64,000 nt of DNA, taken from Octopus sinensis (Eukaryota). The notes below the pieces were generated by a model, which was not told the origin of the DNA, ran no database searches, and saw only the letters and a list, made by a program, of their open reading frames with translations. Position numbers and translations under genes: made by a program. Positions 1-13,780 of this stretch are shown in pieces; the stretch's first letter is position 1, and the number at the start of each line of letters is the position of its first letter. The stretch lies in assembly GCF_006345805.1 (NCBI RefSeq), contig NC_043015.1:24552001-24616000 (forward strand), in the 5' to 3' direction.

Positions 1-200
1 CTTCACTGAGGATGTGGCTGGATTGATGGATCTTGTTGGTCAACCACATGCTGTATGGTTGCAGCAGATGAGGAGGTACCTTGTGGAGGTGGGAACTGAC
101 TGGGACTCTGCTAGACAGCTTGTCTGGGATGATACTGAAAAACGGCTGATGCGGCAATGCACTGCAACAGTACATGCCTCCACACTTGAACTAACCTGGT
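1..200 (+). mobile_element. 3' end of an RTE-like non-LTR retrotransposon (decayed ORF C-terminus and tail)
   Basis: Translation GQPHAVWLQQMRRYLVEVGTDWDSARQLVWDD resembles the GRP..W....DL C-terminus of RTE-type ORFs. It ends in cttgaactaacctgg, a short-repeat-like tail. Recognition only. Confidence 0.55.
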
Positions 201-497
201 TTATTACAGAACAAACATCCTCTGTATTAAGGACTCTAGAAGACATCATCTTTGTCTCTCAGAGACATGCAATTTCCAAAGATCACAACTGCTCAGTTCT
301 TTGGTGTTATGTATTGAGGAATTTTCAAACACCAACTGGCTAAAATGCCTCATTTCCTTCATGCTAAATCTGCTATTTACTGAATAATGGTCGCATATTG
401 AGAAAAAAAATCAACAAATAGTTTGGCATCAACTTTAAAATCACATTAACAATTGCCACCTTCCTTGTTTTTACTCGACACATAAATAGCACTATTG

Positions 498-720
498 ATG
501 GTGCCACAAAACAAAAAAAAGCACCCAGTACACTCTGTAAAGTGGTTGGTATTAGAAAAGGCATCAGTTGTAGAAACCAAAACAGATGATGGAAACTGGT
601 GCAGCTCCTGCCTTTGCCAGCTTCTGTGAAAAATATTGAAATCATGCCAGTATGGAAAAACAGCTTTAAACACAACTGCTGCTGCAGTTGTTGATGATGA
701 TGATGATTATGATGACGATG
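498..720 (+). mobile_element. RTE-derived 3' tail repeat (aaaagcaccc...gtggttggtattagaaaaggcatc...catgccagtatgg-(GAT)n)
   Basis: Same motif series as the copies at 18.1, 21.2, 33.3, 43.9, 57.2, 57.7 and 61.8 kb, ending in (GAT)n. Confidence 0.7.
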
Positions 721-1089
721 ATGTATATAGCAATCAAGAATACAGTGCCAGAAATAAATAAGAATTGGTCAATAGGGTCAACTAAAACCAATGAAAATTT
801 TGCTTTTGCAAGGCCACAGTCTAAAAATTGGAACTTGTATAAGAGTGAGAACAAAAACATCAACAAAAAAATCACAACATAAAGAAGACAGAAAAATGAC
901 ATCGGTCTGGTGGAAGAATGAAGAAATGATAAGTGGTAAACTAAAGAATTGATGATTCTGTTGAAGTTACATATCAACCATTCTGGAATTGTAATTAGAA
1001 CAAGTATGCTAATTAGAAATGTAATTAGTGGAAATATTTGTTTAACACGGGGTTGGCGCTGGGGTCGACAGCATAGGTGATGGCAAAGA

Positions 1090-1292
1090 TGACCGTGACG
1101 ATGATAATGAACAATTATGATGGTGGTGGTGGTGGTGGTGATGAAAGTGATGACAATGATGATGATGACATTGAGGAAGAGGAAGTGATGGTAAAGGAAG
1201 GTGATGCTGCCACTGATGACAATTATGATGACAATAGCAATGACTACGATGGTGATGACAGCAATGATGACAGCCTTCCACTTGATGATGGC
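1090..1292. repeat. Degenerate (GAT/GAC/GGT)n trinucleotide tract
   Basis: Low-complexity trinucleotide runs; they explain the Asp-rich and His-rich ORFs in the track. Confidence 0.85.
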
Positions 1293-2317
1293 TAAAGTGC
1301 CAGTTCCTGGCAGATAATGAGTTCAATCAATGTGCCGAGTGCACATTGAAGTAACGCATGTGCACTTAAGTAAATTACTTTGGTATGATGAGCAAAGTAA
1401 ATTAAAGGTGAACTGTGACACTAAAAATGCCAAAGGTGACAGAATATATTTGCAGAAGGATTCTATAGATTGCTGCTGCAGCTGTTGCTGCCGCTGTTGC
1501 CATTGTTTGTCTTGCTGAAGATCATTTCAAACTTTTTGTGATTTTAGAAGCAAAATATATGTTAATGGTGAAGATGGAGAGAAGGAAAGAAGAAAACTGA
1601 GTTAGGATGAGAGAATGGGAGTGGTCGGAGGGGATAGGGGGGATATGTGCCTTGGAGTGTTTCTATGAACATTTGGGCATGGGTTGAACTATGTGTCTGA
1701 GTGGGTGGGTTCGGGGGTGTTGGGCGAAAAAGAGTGCGTATGCAAATATGTGTGTGAGAGAGATGTGCATCTGCATATATGTTGCATATGCAAGAGAGAA
1801 GCAGTGAGAGAGAGAGAGAGGGGAGTGTGTGTGTGTGCACGTGTTTGAGAGAGATAACGTATATGTGTATCTGTGTGAGATTCTGTATGAGTCAGTGTAT
1901 GTATGTATGTATATGTGTGCTTGTGTGTACTGTGTGGTGTGTGTGCGTGTATGTGAACGTGCATATGAATATATATGTGTGTGAGTCTGTAAGAAGTAAT
2001 GTGTAAAACAGAGAGAAAGAGAGTGTGTGTGCATACAAAAGTAATAAAATGTGTGAGCTTCCCTATAGGCCACTATGTGTGTGTGTGTGTGTACACACAC
2101 ATACACACAACACATATACATGAGTTTGAATAATATGCTACGCATTGTGTGTGTATGTGCATGCATACCTGTGTGCACCTGTGGGAGAATGAGAAGTGAA
2201 TAAAAGTACAACCAGGAGTGTATATGGGTGTAAGCAATGCATTGCAGTGGGAAAGGTTGTACACTCTTTTATATACGTTTGTAAACTATGTATGTATATA
2301 TATATATTCATGTGTGT

Positions 2318-2359
<42 letters not shown>

Positions 2360-2384
2360 CTATATATGAAAATATATATATGCA

Positions 2385-3763
<1,379 letters not shown>

Positions 3764-4559
3764 TACATATACAAATATTTATGAATATACATGCATTTGC
3801 ACACAAGCACACACACATGCACACACACACCTATACATATATATATACACACGTAGATGCATATGTGTGTGTGTGTGTGTACATACTGTCCAACTCATGC
3901 CAGCATAGAAAACAGATATATAATAATGATGATGCTGATGATATACATACACATATATATGAATGTACACACACACACACTCACTCACACACAGGTGTGT
4001 GTGTTACCATGAACAGAATAAGACTACTCTATCCATATAGAATTTATTATATTATCAAAGTCGTAGTGAACGTTTTACCAATTTTCAGAGCAACAACAAA
4101 AATCTTAGCTTCTAGCAATCATCAGGTGGCTCCTGATAATGTTATCATGTGATATTGTGGCACTGTAATGCCATTTCATTGCTGCTTCTGAAAGTAGAAC
4201 ATGATGGAAGTGGTTGGTAAAAGTTCATTGCTTTGAGGTTGTTTTACTCCATTAGGTTAAACAAGTGAATTTCTAGTAAAGCAAAATGTGGTACAAAAAT
4301 GGAAGAATCTGCTAGAAAACCCTTCGTTTTATTAAACAGAAATTAGCAACACTAAATGTTTCTTTGCCTTTATAAATCAGTTTTGGTCGACCATCATTAC
4401 TAAAAATTTATTCAACACAAATATTTATAATTTGAAACTAACTTTGTAAGTAACTGGAAGAGTAAGAGAAGGAAGTACTCAATATCTGGTGTTAAATATA
4501 TTCTTTATTGAAACTGATTTTTCTTTCTTTTAACTCCAGCCTCATTGAACTGTTGTTGT

Positions 4560-4850
4560 CAGCTAGCTGACTCATTGTCATCATCATCATCATTTGATGT
4601 CTGTTTTCCATGCTGGCATGAGTTGAATGTTTTATCAGGGGCTGGTGAAGCCAAGAACTGTCACCAGGCTTCACTGTCTGTTCTGACACAATCTTTACAG
4701 CTGGATGCCCTTCATAATGCCAACCACTTTGCAGAGCATACTGCATCCTTTTTTACATGACACCAGCACCAGTGCATTTTATGTGGCACTAGCACTGACA
4801 GGGGCCCCAAGTCTCTTGCAAGACAAAAGAGCTCTTGCCCTCAGAGCACC
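4560..4850 (-). mobile_element. RTE-derived 3' tail repeat, reverse orientation
   Basis: (CAT)n-ttttccatgctggcatg...ggatgcccttc...ttttatgtggcac is the reverse complement of the tail family. Confidence 0.65.
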
Positions 4851-5349
4851 AGTTACCATGGCATTTGTGTGACAGAAATCACAAAATTTTCCAATAAGGA
4901 GATACTGGTCCTTCACAGGAGTCAAGGGCAGTAATTTTGAGGTGAGGGGACAATTGAATTATTTCAGCTGTAGTACTTCACTGGTACTTTATTTTCTCAA
5001 CTCACAGGATGAAAAGCTGTGTTAGTTGAATGCACAATGTAAGGAGGTATATTAAATACCACAAGGTATGTTGTCTGACACTCCAATGTTTCTGCCACTT
5101 AAGAAATAACAGTAACAGCCAATTGTTTCAAAGTTTGGCTCAAGGCCAGAAATCTGAATGGGTGAGCACTAGTGGACTGCAACACAACCAGTACTTGAGT
5201 GATACTTATTTTCATCAACTCTTAAGAAATAAAAGGCAAAACTCAGCAGAATTTAAACTCAGAATGTGAAAAATTGGAACAAATATAAGATATTTTGTTG
5301 ACCCTTCTAATGATTCTGTAAGTTCACCTGCTTGGTGGTGGTGGCAGTG

Positions 5350-5580
5350 GTAGTAGTAGTAGTAGTAGTTTCTATTCTAGGCACATGACTTGGAATTTAG
5401 GGTAGGAGAAGGTGGTCTAGTCAGTTTCCTTTGCCCAGTATTTGACCTGTGCTTATTTTATTGATGCCAAATGGATGAAAGACAAAGCTGACCTCAACAG
5501 AATTTGAAATCAGAATGTTAATGTAGAAGAAATGCTGAGCTGCCTTTTCACCGATGTGCTAATGATTCCACCAGCTCATT
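5350..5580 (-). mobile_element. tRNA-derived SINE, family C (central ctttgcctttcatcc...agtaccag domain)
   Basis: ctaggcac...gatgaaagacaaagctgacctcaacagaatttgaaatcagaa matches the copies at 11.3, 13.3, 13.6, 15.7, 43.1 and 49.7 kb. Confidence 0.65.
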
Positions 5581-5714
5581 GTCATAGAAATAATAATAAT
5601 AATAACAATAATAATATGCTTGAATACTCTGGAAGGTGCTAAAAAAATAAGAAGTGTTACCTTAGCTCACTGGTAGTGAACAGCTCTAGTGTTAGAAGCT
5701 GTGCAAAGGCAATA

Positions 5715-5780
<66 letters not shown>

Positions 5781-5783
<3 letters not shown>

Positions 5784-5975
5784 GATATAGACAAATGGCT
5801 GAAGGATATTGGAATAGAATGTTCTTTAGATCTTCTGCAGGAAAGATTATCAGAAGGGTTTTATAGCACTTGAAAGACTATTGAATGATTGTGGATACCT
5901 AAAGTTACAGGTAGTAACCTGCTACATACAGAAGTCCTATCCGGAATAACACTGAACTTGAATGGAATCAATAAT
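5781..5975 (+). mobile_element. R4/Dong-like non-LTR 3' fragment next to (AAT)n
   Basis: KDIDKWLKDIGIECSLDLLQ resembles the C-terminus after the restriction-like endonuclease. It follows the (AAT)n run at 5712-5780. Confidence 0.6.
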
Positions 5976-6847
5976 AATTATGATAACAAAAAATAAAGAG
6001 ATAAATAAATAAATAGATAAATAAATAAATAGATAAATAAATAAATAGGTAAATAAAGTCAATGGAGGGAAACAGGAGATTAGCAGAGAAAGGAACTTTC
6101 CTGGTATTTCGTATCTGATCTTTTATTAAATATGTGTAAGTCTCCAGCAGAAAAAGATGACAAAAAACAAAACAAGCATTAGATGGAAATACTTTAAGAT
6201 GAATGAAAAGCAAAGTACAAATAACATGAGAGGGTAGATTCAATGTTGTCTTGTCTTCCTCACAAATGAGAAAACATAAAATTCTACTTGATAATGAGGG
6301 CAGCTCTAACGCTTATAAATGGCAGCAAGACAGGATTGATAGCTTTTTGAATTGTAGAAATTCTTCATTACCATTCTTCTTATTATTATTCGTTTTCTTT
6401 CCTATGAGAAAAGGAAAAACAGACCACACACACACATATATGTATATGTGTGTGTGTATAAATATACATGAATGTGGTTGTGTGTGTGTGTAGAGAGAGA
6501 GAGAGAGAAAGATGTATTTACAAAAGCACACATATGTAATTATATATATATAGGTGTGTTATAATACACATACACACATGTTAGAAGTCCATACACACAT
6601 ACACACACAATTTGTAAAAGATCCTAATGTCTTTTGTTTGATTTCTGATTTGTTGTACAAGGATACTTTTTACTTGAAATTCCAGCACCACCGGATATCA
6701 GAGAGGTCTTTGCATTATTGAATAAGGTGTTTACATTTTAGAAAACACACAACCACACACGTACGTGTGTGTGTGTACGTTTGTACATATATATATGTAT
6801 ATATATATACATATATATATACACATACATATACACATACACATATT

Positions 6848-6893
<46 letters not shown>

Positions 6894-8039
6894 CATATAT
6901 GTGTTTTTGAAAACATATATCTACATACATATATACATACATATATAGATACATACATGCATGTGTGCATACATACATACATACATACATACATACAACT
7001 CGCACATACATATATAAGAAAATTCTTTACATTTAGACTGAACTGTCTCTCCTTGAAAATTTCTGATATTGCTAAATGGGAGACAGTTAAAGAAAAAAGA
7101 AAATTATCCTTGAAATGTTGAATGAAAAATAAATTCCTTCATAGAAAATGACAGTTGCTGTTACATGGCACTGGTGGCCATTTTGCAGCTAGCTGATTCT
7201 CTGGTAATTTGAGTTCAGTTCTGTTCCAGGAGAGTGTTTTTAGTTTTTACTGGTTTCAGCTATTGGACTGCAGTTATGATTGAGAAAATTATCATGACAT
7301 ATACACAACAATGTTTAGACTGTTGAATCTTAAACACACAGGGACACACAGACAGATACATATGCTAAGAGTGTCAGGAACAAAAGTTTAGAATGGTCAA
7401 GCCCTCTTGAGTAAAGTGCTGCAGAAATATTTGTTTTTTTTGTTTGTATTATTATGAACTGTGATAATGATTATTATAGAATAGCTAAAAAACAACACAA
7501 TGTGTGGGGTCATAGACGATGAGGGGCAGTAAATAGAGATTTTATGAAATATTTTTATATTTAAATGTTAAACATGGAACTTTCCAGATTTCACACGAAT
7601 AACCTTGGGGGGAAAAGTAAAAAGAATCTATTTCTGAGTCTTTAGATGTGTTGTCAATTTTCCACCTTTTTGGGTTTTTTCTTCCTCTTTTGGAAGTAAT
7701 TTGGCAAATGTAAAATTTAATTTTAGCGAATTATATTCATATACTTATATGTTACAGTATTAGCCTTTGGAAATTTCCTTAACCACTTATGAGACTTTTT
7801 AATATACCTATAGTGTTGGTCATTATCCAGATGTCTGTGGAAACATTTCATTTTGGCTGCTACTAAATATATTATCAATCAATTCTCAATCTGATCAGCT
7901 AATTTCCTACTATTTTACAAGTTGCAATATTGAATTTGAACTCCAGCCAAAACATTGATACTTTATTAATTGCTGTTTATATAACTGTCTTAAAATTTAT
8001 TTAAAAAGCTCTTACACTAGCTTATTGATATTGTTAGAG

Positions 8040-8300
8040 CAAAGAGCAGCAGCAGCAGCAGAGCACTACAAAAGCTACATGTAGACAGGGAGAACATCAC
8101 CATACACACTGCTAATGACATATGCCCTGCAGACCAGTGTGCTTTCTGATGAGAAAGACCGGTTTTGCTGAAAAACTCTGGCACTAAACTAAAGACTGTC
8201 TGGCCATTTTTGAGATTTAATGACAAGCCATTACAACTGTAGCAATGGACGTTGATGGCTTAATTAGAGACTCTGCAGATGATTACACTGGAATGACCAA
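8040..8300 (+). mobile_element. Decayed RTE-type apurinic endonuclease fragment
   Basis: With stops and frameshifts it reads LMTYALQTSVLSDEKDRF and ITTVAMDVDGLIRDSADDYTG, resembling SAYAPQ....EEKD.F and GDFNGHVG motifs. Confidence 0.45.
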
Positions 8301-9378
8301 ATGACCAATATGCATGGCCACAGGAATAGAAGAGACTAAAAAAGAAGGAAAGAGATATTTATAGAAATATTTAATCAAATACTTACATAATCTCAGAATA
8401 ACAGCAGATTGTTTACCTTTCATTAAAGTATCACTGAGCAAGAATATTTTAACAGAAAGAGAGACATGGACAAACAAAAATATAGAAATCAGTACAATTG
8501 AGATACTAAATTACTTTTAGATTTCTGGTCAGTCCTTGACAGCAACGAACTAAAAGAATAAAGGACACAGATAACAAGATGATATGTAAACATTGCCTTA
8601 ACGTCCACTTCTCCATGCTTGCATGGATAGGAACCCTCACCTATTTCCAAATGCAACAATTTTATTATGGCCTGGTTCCAACCCAGGCAACAGCTATAAA
8701 GACTACCGAATGCACTTCTTGGTCCATCATCACTGTCTTGAGGTCCTAGATACATTCCAAGCCAATGTCTGTAATCAAGTTTTCAATGTAAGTGTGATGA
8801 CCTTTACCTCTTCACCATGAAGTTGGTTCGAAAGCAATGTTTTTCCATGACTAGATATGCTTTTGTGCAATATTGGAAAAGATGGTATGAAGGAGACACT
8901 TGTTTACAATTGTTGTCACACAATGTCAAGACAAGGAGATAGTACCATCAGTTCTTGATAAATGCCTAGCAAACCTCCCTAGTGTCCTCCTAATATAGAA
9001 AACTATTATTGAGGCACCCAAACCAGTTATATCTCACTGCACATACATTTTTTCATCTCATTCCACACTCAGTGTGGTCTTTAGGAAGTGAATGGAGAAA
9101 AAAAGAGGCAAAATTGCATAAAAGCCAATTGATAGTGGTGGCCACCTATGCATTACATATGAAAATGGATATGTATCTATGAGAATTTACATATTCAAAC
9201 TGTATTCAGGTGGGAAATATACGTTTCTGAAATTTGGAAGAATTTACAAGAAACAAAACAAAAAAAGATGTACACTAATTTGATAATCCTTTAAATCAGG
9301 CTGTTATATACACTTTTCACATTCTGTTCTTAATACACACACACATTATGCAAACACAGTTTTTACATGTATGCATAT

Positions 9379-9466
<88 letters not shown>

Positions 9467-11274
9467 TGCATACACACACACACAAACACACATATGTATA
9501 TATATTTACAGGATATATGTTTGTGTAAGCATTCATAATTGTCGAATAAAAATGCTACTTACAGTAGCTTAAGAACTTGCTACTAGTTTTGTTTGTTGTT
9601 AAATATCATACATGCAATTTAGAATCATTTTACTTTTTTTGTTAAACCCTAATTGTATAATCATTATTAAAAGAAGGCAAGACTGACATCCAGGAAAAAA
9701 CATAATGATGAGGAGGAGGGTAGAATAAATCATATAAGGGGTAGTTAGTAGCTCAATTCGGAGTGCTTTCTAGAATATAAACGTTTGCTCTACTGTTGAC
9801 CAGATATGGAATCATGTCACAGAGTGTGAATGAGGAAAAGAAAAGAATTTGTCATAATGCAATTAATTAGTGACAGAATTAATGAAACCAGAGTGAGATT
9901 AACATACCACAGACCTAATATGGTGATGATAGGATGATTTGAGCCTACAGTTATAGTTCAGGCTCTTAAACAAGGGAAATAACTATGCAAACACCAATTA
10001 TTTTATTGACAAAATTTGTTTCCTTTTGAAATCATGAGTGAACATTAAAAAGTAGGAAGGGAATTATAACATGTGACAAAAAATGTTACAAACAAACCAA
10101 AAAATTTCAGAAGGGAACAATTTCTTCAAGAAAAAAAAGATATTTCAATGCAAGCAGGGAAAAATGGAAGTAAAAAAAATGGCAAAAAGCCCTGGCAAAA
10201 GCAATAACTATTATGTTTTAAAGTTATTCCTCTTCTTCTTACATACCATTGTCTAATATGTTATTTTATTAGTTTCAAGGTCATAATATTCCAGCAGAAT
10301 ATTCAAGGGGTCGGGTTATTTTGCATGCAATCTACAATGGTTTCCTAAGGTACTTCAGCTAACATGTCTTTGCAGTCATAGAGGTTCACAATGGTGATTT
10401 GTTGCTGCTTATATTGTATGGAAATGTAAAGAGTGGATATTACATATCCATATAATGATATCTTATCTACTTGTTGAATCAATGTCCAATAAAGAGTGAA
10501 GGTGAGAAGAAGTGTAACATATATGAATCACTAAACACCATGAAACTGGTTCTGTTGTTTTGGGGTGTTATTATTATTTTGTTGTTGTTGTTGTTTTTTG
10601 TCCATTAATAAAACACGGAATACAATCCCTCCTCTAAACTGTAATGGAGAATTATTCACTATAAGAACAGCCAGAAGAAAACATTCTCAGGTTTTATAAA
10701 CTCTGATAACTATCACATCATCATTCTTATGTATCACTTTAAATGGATGAATAGCTCAAGAGAGAAAAGAACATTACAGAATCTTGCTAAGTTGTGTTTT
10801 TTAATCTGTTTTTATTTTTTTTATCTGTGAAGCAGAAATATTCATAGTTAGTGCCTCGTATGTTTGGTTTATAATGGCCTTAAGAAGAACAGCTTATATT
10901 TTGTATGAGTTTCTGAACAGAGATTAAACTTACATTTACTTCTTAATTTCTTAAACATCTTCCTTGCCATGCTTCTGAGTTTTCCTATTGAAAAACTTTG
11001 ATTCAAAAGAATCTGATAAGACCTCTGACTATTCCCTCAATATGTTCAATGAAGCAGGAAAAGTTTCTTTAACAATTTGCCTGACGTTGTTAAATGTTTG
11101 GTGAAGTCATTTCAAGTCCTAAACTATTATGATTTGCTTTTCTCAATAACACAGATATTATGCTGACATTTACAAGTGGTGACTTGTTTTATGCATGAAT
11201 CTGTAATCTCTGTGCTTAAGGTTGGCCAGGTAGATTTCACTTAGTACAAATGATAACAACAATAATAATAACCT

Positions 11275-11505
11275 CTTTCAACTACAGGCACAAGACCTGA
11301 AATGTTCGAAAGGAGGATTGTTGATTACATTGAGCCCCCCGCCCCCACCACCACCACCAGTGTTTCACTGGAACTTCTTTCATAAACCCTGGAAGGATAA
11401 CCAGTAATGCTGACCTTGGCAGAATTTGAACTCAGAACATAAACACAGACAAAATGCTGCTAAGCATTTCATCCAGGATGCTTATAATTCTACCAGCTTG
11501 CTGCC
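11275..11505 (-). mobile_element. SINE family C copy
   Basis: aggcacaagacctgaaat...gaccttggcagaatttgaactcagaac...ccagcttgctgcctt. Confidence 0.7.
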
Positions 11506-12245
11506 TTAATAATGTTTTCCTAAAAGAAATGGAGAAACTTTCAAAATACAAAAATCTGGAAATAGAGGTGACTCAAATGTGGAGTCTGAAAACAGAAACA
11601 ATTCTTATTATAGTAGGCGCATTAGGTATGATAAAAAAATATTCAGATAAATTTGTAACAAAAACACCAAGATTCCAAGTGTAGGTGCAGGAGTGGCTGT
11701 GTGGTAAGTAGCTTGGTTACCAACCACATGGTTCCGGGTTCAGTCCCACTGCATGGCATCTTGGGCAAGTGTCTTCTACTATAGCCTCGGGCCAACCAAA
11801 GCCTTGTGAGTGGATTTGGGAGACGGAAACTGAAAGAAGCCCGTCGTATATATGTATATATGTATATATATATATATATGTGTGTGTATGTTTGTGTGTC
11901 TGTGTTTGTCCCCCTAGCATTGCTTGACAACCGATGCTGGTGGGTTTACGTCACCGTCACTTAGCAGTTCAGCAAAAGAGACCGATAGAATAAGTACTGG
12001 GCTTACAAAGAATAAGTCCTGGGGTTGATTTACTCGACTAAAGGCGGTGCTCCAGCATGGCTGCAGTCAAATGACTAAAACAAGTAAAAGAGTAAAGAGT
12101 AAGAGTATATAACATACAGAAAATAGCACTACTGGGTACCACACATATCCTATGTAAAACATTCTCAATACAGTAAAAATAAGAGCATCACAACAAACCA
12201 CAGCACATACCCATGTCATGTGATACAAATAAGACTAATGAATAA
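11506..12245 (+). mobile_element. R4/Dong-like 3' fragment interrupted by a full-length SINE
   Basis: KEMEKLSKYKNLEIEVTQMWSLKTETILIIVGALG lies before the SINE, and YNIQKIALLGTTHIL resumes at about 12107. These match the KY..L..E...LW and VVGALG / QK.ALLGT motifs of the RLE domain. Confidence 0.75.
11684..12106 (+). mobile_element. Full-length tRNA-derived SINE, family A
   Basis: Head ggagtggctgtgtggtaag...gggttcagtccc, then ccttgggcaagtgtc, internal (TA)n(TG)n and tail ggcggtgctccagcatgg...(agtaaaag)n. Near-identical to 21777-22215. Confidence 0.9.
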
Positions 12246-12277
12246 TAATGATGATGATGATGATGATAATCTAACAT

Positions 12278-12800
12278 ATTGTGAGTGAGTGTAGCAAGCT
12301 GGCCCAAAAGCAATACAAAAGGAGGCACGATAACATGGCTAATTTCATTTATTGGAGGCTATGTGAAAAGTATGGCCTGAACAGAGCACAGAAATGGTAC
12401 AAACATGAACTAGAAGGAATCACCAAGAACAAGGAACATAAGATACTGTGGGATTTTACAGACTACTAAAAGACGAAATTGCAAGAACGTGTTTGCCATT
12501 CCAGTAGCTGTTGGGGCATTTGGAGCACAAAATACAACCAAGTTCAAGAAATATGTCAAAGAAAGTGGATTAACATGAGAGCAGAACAAGCCCCCAAAAC
12601 TGCTCTGCGGGGAGTATTTAGCATTGTGAGATTGGTACTTTGATGTGGAATGTCTTCCATGATAATTAACTACCAAGTATCAAAGTTCATAACATGCGGT
12701 AAGAGACCTTACGAGACCGCTGACAGCAGGCTGCTCTCTGCTCTCACAGAATCTACCAGAAGAAACAAGACCAAACGTTCCGAGAAGTAAAACAATAATA
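12278..12800 (+). mobile_element. R4/Dong-like 3' fragment (zinc-knuckle end, RLE region, 3' UTR)
   Basis: SECSKLAQKQYKRRHDN...ILWDF. The 3' UTR acagcaggctg...ctcacagaatc...gagaagtaaaacaataat recurs at about 13810-13890 and 25200-25280. Confidence 0.75.
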
Positions 12801-12964
12801 AATATTTCCATCCCCTCAGAAAAAATTATTTCTTATAAATCCCTATATGCTCTGAATTCACTGCATTTAAGTGATATTTGTTAAAAATTTCGTTAAAATG
12901 TATCCATTTTTCTGGAAGTTATTAGGCAACAAAATCGGCAGTGGGGGTACACATCTGTAGTTAT

Positions 12965-13090
12965 GCTGGACCCTCTATTAATGAGCAACAAGATGTGTAC
13001 GACTTCGTTTGTAACAGTTTAGAGAGGAACACATCTGCATTGATTTTCACTGACACTCCAGATGGAACAGGAAAGACTTTCCTGATAAAT
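12965..13090 (+). mobile_element. Helitron PIF1-type helicase remnant
   Basis: NEQQDVYDFVCNSLERNTSALIFTDTPDGTGKTFLIN resembles the Helitron pattern N.EQ...Y...FFLDAPGGTGKTFLIN (Walker A at about 13064-13078). Confidence 0.65.
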
Positions 13091-13282
13091 AATCAATAAA
13101 ACCTTAAACATGTACTTGTAAACCAGACCTATAATGACATGAACAAATTGAATTATTTAACTGAAGCATCAGAAAATTTACTTTCATTTCAAAGCAATGT
13201 TGAAATCAGCTTCAATATTTTATAACCTGAACTGTCAGTGACCAAAAGGGTCATAGATAGTCTAGTTAATAACAATAGTAGT

Positions 13283-13475
13283 TTCAAATTTTGGCACAAG
13301 GCCAGTAATTTTAGATGCAGGATTAAGTGAATTACATTGACCTCCAGAGCCCAACTGAGCCTGAAAGGATGAAGAGCAAAGTCAACCTGGGCAGAATTTG
13401 AACTCAGAACTTGAGGATGGATGAAATGCTGCTATGCATTTGGCCCAGTTTAGTAACAATTCTTCCAGTTCACTG
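13283..13475 (-). mobile_element. SINE family C copy
   Basis: ttttggcacaaggccag...gaaaggatgaagagcaaagtcaacc...gaatttgaactcagaac. Confidence 0.7.
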
Positions 13476-13551
13476 CCTTAAATAATTAATTAATTAATTA
13501 ATTATGATAATGATAACTATTGATAATAGAAATTATTATTATTATTATTAC

Positions 13552-13583
<32 letters not shown>

Positions 13584-13629
13584 TATTATTATTATTATCA
13601 TTATTATGATTATGATTATTATTATTATT

Positions 13630-13780
13630 AAGGTGGCAATCTGGCAGAATTGTTAGCGCTAAATGCTTAGTGGTATTTCATCTGCTGCAACATTCTGAGT
13701 TCAAATTCTGCTGGGGTCGACTTTGCCTTTCATCCTTTCAGGATCAATTAAATAAGTACCAGTTATGCACTGGGGTTGGA
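13630..13780 (+). mobile_element. SINE family C copy (5' part)
   Basis: A-box-like tggcagaattg, B-box-like gagttcaaattc, then gtcgactttgcctttcatcctttc...aagtaccagt. Confidence 0.75.
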
